Virus record (IMG/VR): IMGVR_UViG_3300020152_000007
Coordinates: 1 to 46,011 of that record
Source of the DNA: a virus
Length of the DNA: 46,011 nt
Direction: 5' to 3' (one strand)
Positions 24,101 through 31,025 of the stretch are shown here, in pieces. Below the pieces are notes generated by a model that did not search any database, had not been told where the DNA came from, and saw only the letters and a program-made list of their open reading frames with translations. The translations under genes were made by a program, and so were the position numbers. The first letter of the stretch is position 1. The number at the start of each line of letters is the position of its first letter.

Positions 24101-27100
24101 ACCGGCGAAAGAACACCGAGACCTTGCAAATGCAGGGCCAAATCTACTGGAGTTCTCCAGATATGAATAGCCCCGACTTCGGAGAGTTCCAGCGGATTGC
24201 GGATGTTCAGATACACTGGAATAATGTTCATCCCAGTATCTTGCGGCCGCATAGTATCTCCGCCTACGGCATTCCGTTGTCCCCGGAACTCATCAAGTGC
24301 AATCCGGGCGTGAACTTCTTCCGGGGCTGACCTATACAGTCGGGCATGTGCGGCGAGTAAATCACCAAAGTGCGCACCAATATCTCCGCTATTGAAAGTG
24401 TGGATATCAGCCTTCGTTCCGTGGAACATTACCAGCGGACGACCGCTCGCCGTGACCACTTTACTTGCATTCGCCGGGTCATTCTCCCAGTCACCAAACC
24501 AAGCCTTGAAAAACGGGCTCCGCTCGCGATGCTTCACCCAAGCCGCAATAGCTTCTTTCTGTTGAGCCTCCTCTGCCCCTGCTGTCCGGGCGCCGTTCTG
24601 CGGGTCGGTGTCAAGCTGCTTCCGGACCCGCATTTTAAGCATCTCCACCATGCGCAGGTGAGCCGTGTTCAGGTCGTTACCGCGAATCAACTTATACAGC
24701 TCTTGCTTTTGCTTCACGCTAAAGCTACCGAAGGTCACAGCCTTACGGAGTTTCTGCGCCATGTAATTGTCGCGAGTCATAGGCAAAGTGTCCTTCGCCT
24801 TATCCAGAGCCTCCTTTACTTCCCCACTTACCGAGGAGGCGAATTCCTGCGGCGCAACCAGCTGGCTCAATTTCCCGAGCGATTGTATCCAGGCCTCAAA
24901 GCTGGTCCCGGCCGAAATCCGCCAGGTTTGCCCATTGTCGAGCTTTAGCCCCTTTTTCAGCGCAATGAAAAGCTTCCGCAACGAGTTCTGCACCTTTTCC
25001 AGCGTCGAACCCATAAGCTGCTGCCGAACCTTTTCCTCCGCTTCAACATGCTTAATTCCGCCGCTGAAGTACTCCCCCTTGCCGAGGGCAGTATCCCTAC
25101 CGAGTCCTTTCTCATGCGCATACCTGGCCATCTTTTCAGCCATGAACTCGTCGAAACTCAGATAGTCCTCAACCAGCGCATTCGTCAATTCATCAATTTG
25201 CTGCGAAATCGCCTGCCGCTCTTCCGGCACCCGTGTTACAGCCATCCGTGCCCGAAGCGTTGCGATGTCCTTATTCCCATTCGAGACAACGCGACGAACA
25301 AAGCTCTCCGCATTCATCCCCGAGTACCCACCCATTGCCTTGACCAGTTGCCGCTGCACTGCCATCGCCGGGGACATCCAGTGCTGTTGGAACCACTCCG
25401 CCGACTGCGTTTTCATTTGCGCCCGCAGTTGATTGTATTCCTTCGCCAGCTCAGCTTGCTCCGGATTCAACCCCGCGATAACCTCTTCGCTTATTCTTCC
25501 CTGCCGTTGTTCGAGGGTAAACGCTGATTGTACTTCCGGCGCCACGCCTTCAAGGAAGCGGTGCATCGTAAGTGCATGTCCAAACTCATGGTAGACATTA
25601 TAGAAAGCTTTCGCTTTGGTATGCTTGTTAAAACTGCCGGCATTGAGTGTACCTTCTTCAGTTGCTGAAAAGTTCCGTACGAAAGCTGGGATAATGAGGT
25701 ATTCCCCACTAGCCAGTTTCTGCGTCGTACCCACCGCTTGCCGGGTGCTCTGCGTTTCATTTGCCAGCACAATCGTTGCATCGGGCATGAAATCCTGACG
25801 GAGCTTTTCATACAGCTCGTGATAGCCTGCCAGTACATCGTCGCTGCGGTCCGCAGTAGGCTCTCCGATTACATACGTAGCCGGCTTTGTTTTGACTTTA
25901 CCGAGGGGCTGGCCGACCTGCTCCGCTGGTCCATAGGCAATACGACGCTGACTTCTCGGAACCGCATCGTTTGGGTTCGGCTCATAATTCTCCGCATTCA
26001 CCCGCACTTTCAGCGTGTTCCCAATTTGCGCGTCGGAGCTTAAAGCTTGGTCCACACCCACCGCACTGGTCCCATCGTTCGCCTCGCCGAAAGGCAAGAC
26101 TTTCTGCACCTGTGCCGCTTGGACTTGCACCGCCAGCTCTTCGTCTGCCAGCGGGTCAGGCAACTGGATAAGGGCTTCGCGGTCGGGTGGGAGGTCCGGT
26201 AAATCTTGGGACGTTGATTGATTTAATGACCGTCCCGTTAAATCACCTTCAGCGTTCAGCTCATTCAGAATATTTTGCAGAACCTCTGAGCCTTCCTTAT
26301 CGCCGGCAGTTGTGGCCGTGGCCAGTTCTGTCTCCAGCCCGTCGATGGGATTTTCCATCGGCAGCTCAGGTTCCGTTCGTTGGGGCAACAGAGCATCAAT
26401 TCCCTTCGCCGTCGCGCCACCAAGCACTGCTGCAAATGGAGTCTGTATCGCCGTGTCGACGACGCTCGCTCCCATCTCTTCGAGGAATTGTCCCAGCGGT
26501 TTGTCGGGCGTGTCGATGGCTTGCTTAATTCCTTCCTGCACAATGGTCGTAGGAATTTCCGTCATCAGCTCCCGGCCGACATACTTCATCAGCATTTTGC
26601 CGAAGGCTTCTTGCCCGAGGTCTTTAATCAACCCACCAATCGGGGAAAGCTCAAACGCCGTACCAACACCTGCCTGCAGGCCTGACGAGACCAGCGCACG
26701 TTCGTGACCGGAACCTTCATCCCGGGATTCCCCGTATGCCGGTAGCATTTCCAGCGGTGCCGCAATTGACAACGCCGCAGCTGGACTCTTCGTCGCCACA
26801 CCAGCAGCGATTGCCGGAGCCATTGTCGCTACGCTCGTTGCAACCCCCTGCGCATGCCGAAGCGGTTCACTCGGATTCGCCGGCAAAGCATCCTGCAGTT
26901 CGTTCTGCATCGCGCTTCGTTGCGCTGCCATCTGCGTATCATGCGACATAATCTCAGTGTTGCGCAGGCTTTCGGCCGCACCGTAGACTTGCGTGTATGC
27001 CTGTTGGAAGGGAATTCCAGAATCGACGAGTGCCCGAATCTGCAAGTTCTGCTCCCGGGTCAGCCCGGTGAAGCCTTCGGTATCAAGCGGTTTCGGCCGC

Positions 27101-27345
27101 GTTATCAAGTCTTCCGCATTCTGCCAGATATTCTTCCCGGCCCCCACTACAGCTGTTCCGAGGCTCTTCGCCCCTTCCACACTGAACAAATCAGTCTTTG
27201 CAGGCTCTGAAGCGCCAAAAAATTCCTCATCACTCAGCACCTTTGCGGGTGCCGGGGCTTTGAGGAATTCTTCGTCGGTTAGAGGTTGCTGCGAGGACTG
27301 GCCAAAAAACTCCGCGTCCGAAAGTGTCTTCACTGGGGTACCCAT
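21109..27345 (-). CDS. Giant polyvalent virion/ejection protein (2078 aa): zincin-like metallopeptidase motif, ART-like domain, C-terminal TM-rich region
   Basis: Uninterrupted 6.2-kb ORF at the end of the internal-virion-protein block. HEFGH at nt 25576..25590. FKAWFGDW...LVMFHGT...AHFGD...YENDVEGGTSWVAFDSAQVK (about nt 23940..24530) resembles the ART-PolyVal-type domains of phage polyvalent proteins. Several hydrophobic segments in the last ~400 aa. Confidence 0.85.
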   Translation of the reverse strand: MGTPVKTLSDAEFFGQSSQQPLTDEEFLKAPAPAKVLSDEEFFGASEPAKTDLFSVEGAKSLGTAVVGAGKNIWQNAEDLITRPKPLDTEGFTGLTREQNLQIRALVDSGIPFQQAYTQVYGAAESLRNTEIMSHDTQMAAQRSAMQNELQDALPANPSEPLRHAQGVATSVATMAPAIAAGVATKSPAAALSIAAPLEMLPAYGESRDEGSGHERALVSSGLQAGVGTAFELSPIGGLIKDLGQEAFGKMLMKYVGRELMTEIPTTIVQEGIKQAIDTPDKPLGQFLEEMGASVVDTAIQTPFAAVLGGATAKGIDALLPQRTEPELPMENPIDGLETELATATTAGDKEGSEVLQNILNELNAEGDLTGRSLNQSTSQDLPDLPPDREALIQLPDPLADEELAVQVQAAQVQKVLPFGEANDGTSAVGVDQALSSDAQIGNTLKVRVNAENYEPNPNDAVPRSQRRIAYGPAEQVGQPLGKVKTKPATYVIGEPTADRSDDVLAGYHELYEKLRQDFMPDATIVLANETQSTRQAVGTTQKLASGEYLIIPAFVRNFSATEEGTLNAGSFNKHTKAKAFYNVYHEFGHALTMHRFLEGVAPEVQSAFTLEQRQGRISEEVIAGLNPEQAELAKEYNQLRAQMKTQSAEWFQQHWMSPAMAVQRQLVKAMGGYSGMNAESFVRRVVSNGNKDIATLRARMAVTRVPEERQAISQQIDELTNALVEDYLSFDEFMAEKMARYAHEKGLGRDTALGKGEYFSGGIKHVEAEEKVRQQLMGSTLEKVQNSLRKLFIALKKGLKLDNGQTWRISAGTSFEAWIQSLGKLSQLVAPQEFASSVSGEVKEALDKAKDTLPMTRDNYMAQKLRKAVTFGSFSVKQKQELYKLIRGNDLNTAHLRMVEMLKMRVRKQLDTDPQNGARTAGAEEAQQKEAIAAWVKHRERSPFFKAWFGDWENDPANASKVVTASGRPLVMFHGTKADIHTFNSGDIGAHFGDLLAAHARLYRSAPEEVHARIALDEFRGQRNAVGGDTMRPQDTGMNIIPVYLNIRNPLELSEVGAIHIWRTPVDLALHLQGLGVLSPVQVEAVQRNGEDFSTLKSILQHLGYDGIKYENDVEGGTSWVAFDSAQVKTANATFNSNDSRIHMQTDIDLTTATGLEIDTLSRTLEKYENMGLTGRALNWLARAQYSLLQLQQISWLHPEFYFLEQMANASSQYNAAKSRLQALGEGIAKDWQMLGKEADAKLNRALEKEADGGVHWTALQRDETGWKHVMTAETVDKLKEAGIDINTRQGKKAAEIYLRSKNALLQHTEAAQIVLARRLGVAVQEQSEFLVKLNELKKAFASIRETPFLPRGDYGEWGLVVYEQNGLERKVVYRQMFESNREWEKARELLEKNLKPGQRVRTIANLTDEKRALLALPREYVDVAAEALDMTQEQRDTLYDLLHPVKEDKLLAPYSKAIEKISGGSKDRMRNFADFIWHNSTLIARTEALASFNKAEQSARQMLAEVDKTPMRAGPRRRLLQDIKRAQKYMAITKDYMMAPPNEMYAARSFVAIVYLWGGIKTALLNLTGMVSTWGALTSKYGELAGDAAMLKANKQLGVLVSGKGKIAPEIAKMYERAITEGFLVQNYAAHLGAAATAGVTRRMTNRSRWAADTHRGLQWVADAGMAPFTMTEQYARRITFLATLNAAMAEAKKNNAGVNLESLYQEAVKQTDLLQNSYTLANRPKFMRGGGSLGGLLPLFTIFFSFAVHLAWHSTGGYNLGKQRRVEMLGAARDKGAINHTQRVLLVLLLLGGYEALPFSGNLLDILDAVLMSMTGKSARQHLREGIKQIPAPEGWHWVNDPRWWSKGMGGDVMGVDVSGSLGIGNPVPGTDIVNSHPETPEELAGRALLTSTGVTGSLIKNLGEMAINLGQGKSIEQNIQRFPGIVGSVSSGMEWIDSGEVKGRIGETIYEPSVAEGAAKIAGFTPSGLNKTREENWARTEAVMYWTKQRENLQAAWSQARDADDREALADVESRIEEFNDSVVDVKMRLQKWQLHKSYRAHLDAQRKRELGIVPKNARNLAAGVSESFADEEE
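26208..26236. repeat. 29-bp imperfect palindrome, copy 5 (inside the giant ORF)
   Basis: GGGACGTTGATTGATTTAATGACCGTCCC; encodes ...TGRSLNQSTSQ... on the minus strand. Confidence 0.8.
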
Positions 27346-28493
27346 CCTTTACCTGTCCATTTAGCCTTTTGGCCGTTTTGATTTGTGTATACCTGTCCCT
27401 CAACCCGCTGACTTGGGTCTTGCGGAGCCAGCGGGATTCCCGTGCTTGCTGAAGCTCCGCCACCTGCTGCCAGCTTTTGCTTTGCAATTGCAAGCACAGT
27501 ACCAGCGCTCTTCCCGACGGTCATCTGTTGCGTCTGATTCACCCAGTCGTCGAAGTGCTTATACTTAGATTGCTCTTTAGGGTCAAGCGAACTCCACTGC
27601 GTAATTAGTGAATCCGCCATACCCTCGAAACCGCTCAAATCTGCCGAGCCCCTAGTGCTACTGGTCGTGATGTACTTATGCGCACCGGCCAAAATGTCAG
27701 CGTTGATTTCAGCTTGCGTCTTAACATCCTTATTAGCCATCGCATACAGTCGAGCCTCTTCATCCGGCAGGGCTGCAATCCAAGCAGGGGTAGCTTCGCG
27801 GCCTTCTTTACTTGCTGTAACATTTTCCATACTAGCTGCTGCACTCGCATTACTCGCATTCGCCCGAGCATTCGTTGCCTTAAGCTCAGCCTTCGGCAAA
27901 TCAAGAGTTGCCTGATACGAAGCATTAACTGCGTCGGGGTTAGCGGCTTTGTAGTCCTGAAAACGCTTAGCTTCATCAGCTTCAAACTGCGCTTTCAGCG
28001 CCTGCGCTTCCGCCGTTTTACCTTGCGTAACCAGGTTCTGATATTGCTGCCGCGCCGTACCCTTACGAATTTCCGCTTGCGATTCCCATTCCTTAAATTC
28101 CACCGTCCGCTGACCGGTTTGCTGGTCGGTCGAGCGGGTGAGTGACTCATCCCGGGCTACTGAAGCATTCGTCCGCTTTTCATCCATTTGCAGCGCACGT
28201 TCGTCAATTTCCCGCTTGCGGTCAAGCTCCGTCTTAAAGCCGTAGAAATCCATAGCGTCAAGACCGGTCCGCCCTACCGCCTGCATTGTGCTTTCCCCCT
28301 GCTCCCGACCCTGCAGCAAGTTCAGCCCCATACGCAGAATCGAGCTCTTCACGTTTGGGTCGTCAAGCACATGCTGCCAAGCCTTCTTCCGCCCCTCGAC
28401 TTCCTGCGGGTTTTGGGGAGGCGCAGCCATCATCGCCCCGTTCGGGTTGTCAAGGATGTCAGCCATCCCTGGCTGTACTGGAAACGTAGCCAT
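27330..28493 (-). CDS. Internal virion protein candidate, coiled-coil-rich (387 aa)
   Basis: GGGAGG 5 nt upstream; TAATG coupling with the upstream gene; long charged helical region. Confidence 0.65.
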   Translation of the reverse strand: MATFPVQPGMADILDNPNGAMMAAPPQNPQEVEGRKKAWQHVLDDPNVKSSILRMGLNLLQGREQGESTMQAVGRTGLDAMDFYGFKTELDRKREIDERALQMDEKRTNASVARDESLTRSTDQQTGQRTVEFKEWESQAEIRKGTARQQYQNLVTQGKTAEAQALKAQFEADEAKRFQDYKAANPDAVNASYQATLDLPKAELKATNARANASNASAAASMENVTASKEGREATPAWIAALPDEEARLYAMANKDVKTQAEINADILAGAHKYITTSSTRGSADLSGFEGMADSLITQWSSLDPKEQSKYKHFDDWVNQTQQMTVGKSAGTVLAIAKQKLAAGGGASASTGIPLAPQDPSQRVEGQVYTNQNGQKAKWTGKGWVPQ

Positions 28494-28984
28494 TATTGCC
28501 TCCCTTCGAGTAGCGCTGCCAGCGAAGGCAGGGTTGTAACGTTGGGCGTCTGGAACTGGGCAGCAGTGAAGCCTCGCCAGTTATTACCGCCGGCTGAGGG
28601 TGCGCCAGGATAGGTCTGCTTCTCCCGCTTCCCAAGCATACTTCCTACGCCCTCCAACATCTTCTTGTACTTCTCAGCCTTTTCCTTCTCGGGGTCAGCA
28701 GCGGGTTGTTCAGGCTGTGTTGCCGAAGCCGTTTGTGGAGGTACCCAACCACCGCCGCCAGGAGCTGAAGCTTCCCCGTCCAGAATCGCAGTGAAGTCCG
28801 GCCCTTGCGGCCCCTGCGGAGCGAACTGCGGAAGGCTCTGCTTTTGCATCTGCAGCGTTTCCTGTTGTGCTTGCTGAAAAGCTGCCGCCGGGTCGAGGGG
28901 GCTCATCGCCAGATTATCTAACAGCTGCATCCGAAGTGGCGAGTTCGGGTCTTGCAGTGCTGCCGTTAACATTGAAAAATCCAT
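28493..28984 (-). CDS. Low-complexity Q/P/A-rich virion protein candidate (163 aa)
   Basis: AGGAG 6 nt upstream; translationally coupled within the block. Confidence 0.6.
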   Translation of the reverse strand: MDFSMLTAALQDPNSPLRMQLLDNLAMSPLDPAAAFQQAQQETLQMQKQSLPQFAPQGPQGPDFTAILDGEASAPGGGGWVPPQTASATQPEQPAADPEKEKAEKYKKMLEGVGSMLGKREKQTYPGAPSAGGNNWRGFTAAQFQTPNVTTLPSLAALLEGRQ

Positions 28985-28993
28985 ACTGTTCTC

Positions 28994-29950
28994 CTAGAAT
29001 AATCCGCCAAGTACTGCGCCGCCGATTGCACCGATGCCAGTACCCATTGGACCAAACATGCTACCAAGCTGTGCGCCGGACATCGCGCCACCAAGTGCGC
29101 CTGCAGCACCACCGCTTTGAGTTCCGCTTCCCGAGGTGCTGGTTGTGCTTCCAGAACTCCCCGCCCCGTAGACGATATTCGCCCAGTTTTGCAACGGAAT
29201 CCAGCCGCTGTTCAGGTCCCAGTTCCGACTGTCGCCCAGATAGTTTTCTTGAGCTTGCGCCATGTTCTGATTCTGCTGCCCAACAGCGCCGTAGGCAGTT
29301 CCGGGCATTGTCGTCGCCTGCATAGTTTGCGGGGTAAGCCCGTAAATCCGACTGAATGTATCCAGGCCTTTGCCGTAGGCATCTGATGTAACACGGCTTG
29401 CAGTATCCCCGATTGCCTGCGCATAACGCCCCGCCGCGATACCCTCAGCCACACCCTGCCGAGTCGAATTCCCCTGCCCACCATTGGCGATAGAGTTATT
29501 CCGAATTGAGCTCATCACGCCGCCGGCGTCAGTATAGCTTTCGGTAATCGGACGGACGCTGGCTGAAATCGCCGACTGCAGGTACGGATTGCTGTTGACA
29601 TCGAGCACATCGCTCAGGCCAAACTTCGTCGCTTCGCCTAGTTGCGGCAAGTACTGACTCGCCATCGTATTAGCGGCAGTCCGCGTCAGATTCTGCCCCG
29701 TTAACTGGTCCTGATTCAGGGGGACAACCTGCGCACCTGGGTACGGAGATTCCCCGATTTTCTTTGCAGTTTGCTTATACAGTTGTTCCGCTGTATTCTG
29801 AATCTGCGAGCGGTTTGCGGCCTCTTCCGGGGAGTAATTCTGCACGGTTTGTGTGCTGCTGCCTCCCCCGCCACTACCTTTAAAGAGTCGACGATTCAGC
29901 TTGTTCAGCGGCGGCGTGAAAAATTCTGGTTCATGTAGAAAAATTCTCAT
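28994..29950 (-). CDS. Internal virion protein candidate with a Gly-rich hydrophobic C-terminus (318 aa)
   Basis: ORF track; C-terminal GGAAGALGGAMSGAQLGSMFGPMGTGIGAIGGAVLGGLF. Confidence 0.65.
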   Translation of the reverse strand: MRIFLHEPEFFTPPLNKLNRRLFKGSGGGGSSTQTVQNYSPEEAANRSQIQNTAEQLYKQTAKKIGESPYPGAQVVPLNQDQLTGQNLTRTAANTMASQYLPQLGEATKFGLSDVLDVNSNPYLQSAISASVRPITESYTDAGGVMSSIRNNSIANGGQGNSTRQGVAEGIAAGRYAQAIGDTASRVTSDAYGKGLDTFSRIYGLTPQTMQATTMPGTAYGAVGQQNQNMAQAQENYLGDSRNWDLNSGWIPLQNWANIVYGAGSSGSTTSTSGSGTQSGGAAGALGGAMSGAQLGSMFGPMGTGIGAIGGAVLGGLF

Positions 29951-29951
29951 G

Positions 29952-30332
29952 TTATTTCCCCAAAATTTGCGACATCAGGTTTTGACCGAGTGCGTCAAAA
30001 TTCTGTTGAGGTTTAGGGGACGGGCCAGCAACTGGTGGGGCGCTTTGAGCGGGAGAAGCGCTTTGCCCCTGACCAAACTGCGGCCCGTCGAGAATATCAG
30101 CTAAGCCAAGCCCACCCTGCGGACCCTGCCAGCCGGGCTGAGGCATTTGGCTCATTTCTGGCGCCGGGCGGGAGTACACCGGCAACGCCTTTGATGCGAG
30201 GTCCGGTTGAGGAGCCTGCATCGGTTGCTGCATCTGGCCCATCGAATTTTGACCCCAAATGGGCGCCAGTGGGTTATTCCCCAACCCCGAGAGGTATCCA
30301 TTTGGACCTAAAACTGGTTGATGTATTGGCAT
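29952..30332 (-). CDS. Q/P/G-rich low-complexity protein (126 aa)
   Basis: AAAGGA 7 nt upstream; 1-nt gap to the next gene. Confidence 0.55.
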   Translation of the reverse strand: MPIHQPVLGPNGYLSGLGNNPLAPIWGQNSMGQMQQPMQAPQPDLASKALPVYSRPAPEMSQMPQPGWQGPQGGLGLADILDGPQFGQGQSASPAQSAPPVAGPSPKPQQNFDALGQNLMSQILGK

Positions 30333-30343
30333 TGTAATTCCTT

Positions 30344-30820
30344 TCAGTGAAGGTTAAAGAGGCATTTGCGCATATACACAAAGGGCGCATCCTCAAAACC
30401 CATCCGTTCCATTAGCGCTTTTGCCCGGTGCGTGGTGAAGGTCTCCAGTTCGTCGCACCCGTTTGCCCTTGCCCAGTCCTCTACGGCTGGCATAAATTTC
30501 AAGGTAAGCAGCGGATTTTTCCCGGCAAAGCCGACCAGACGCAGTGTCTTTGCCTGTGGATATTGCACAAATTCGGTTAAAGCTACAATATGTATCTCCC
30601 CTTCAGTATGGATAACTAGGGCTGTCATGAGCCCTTCGGAGATAAGCTTAAATACATCTTGCGGCTGCAGCTTTCCGTCAGACACAGTAACCCACTTGAA
30701 CACGAAGGGCTCGAGGTCTGGCCAAGCCGAGGCAATCGTATCGCCAGCGACTTGGAAGCATTCCGCACCCTCGTACAGTGTCTTAACCGAGCTTGTTCCA
30801 GCTTGCGTTGTAGTAGACAT
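30344..30820 (-). CDS. Putative GNAT-like acetyltransferase-fold protein (158 aa)
   Basis: Internal ATG of track ORF 30344..30952. C-terminal ...RLVGFAGKNPLL...EDWARANGCDELETF...AKALMERMGFED resembles GNAT motif A/B. Weak call. Confidence 0.35.
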   Translation of the reverse strand: MSTTTQAGTSSVKTLYEGAECFQVAGDTIASAWPDLEPFVFKWVTVSDGKLQPQDVFKLISEGLMTALVIHTEGEIHIVALTEFVQYPQAKTLRLVGFAGKNPLLTLKFMPAVEDWARANGCDELETFTTHRAKALMERMGFEDAPFVYMRKCLFNLH

Positions 30821-31025
30821 AAACACCCTTTCCGGAACCGGGGTTCCAATCAGTTCCATCCGCCCCGCGCACCATCCCCTCACGAGGTCTGGCCGGGGCG
30901 GTGTGGAGAAATTCAACGTGCCGGGAAATGCCCAGCTGCATAGCTGCCGCAATCAGATTTAGCTCTTCTTGCAGATACAGCTTAATATCTTTCGGGTCTT
31001 CCGGCGGCGTATTAGGCTGGTACAT
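30783..31025 (-). CDS. Small conserved-looking tail-module protein (80 aa)
   Basis: Internal ATG of track ORF 30783..31076; TAATG coupling with the upstream 526-aa gene. Confidence 0.55.
   Translation of the reverse strand: MYQPNTPPEDPKDIKLYLQEELNLIAAAMQLGISRHVEFLHTAPARPREGMVRGADGTDWNPGSGKGVYVYYNASWNKLG

Noticed and set aside
21109-27345. N4/crAss-style scenario: the giant virion protein is a packaged RNA polymerase that reads hairpin promoters (the palindromes)
   Set aside because: I found no T7-like or two-barrel (DxDxD/NADFDGD-type) polymerase motif in the 2078-aa sequence. Three palindromes sit next to near-consensus host sigma70 -35/-10 elements, so host RNAP suffices. Only a profile or structure search could fully exclude a cryptic RNAP domain.
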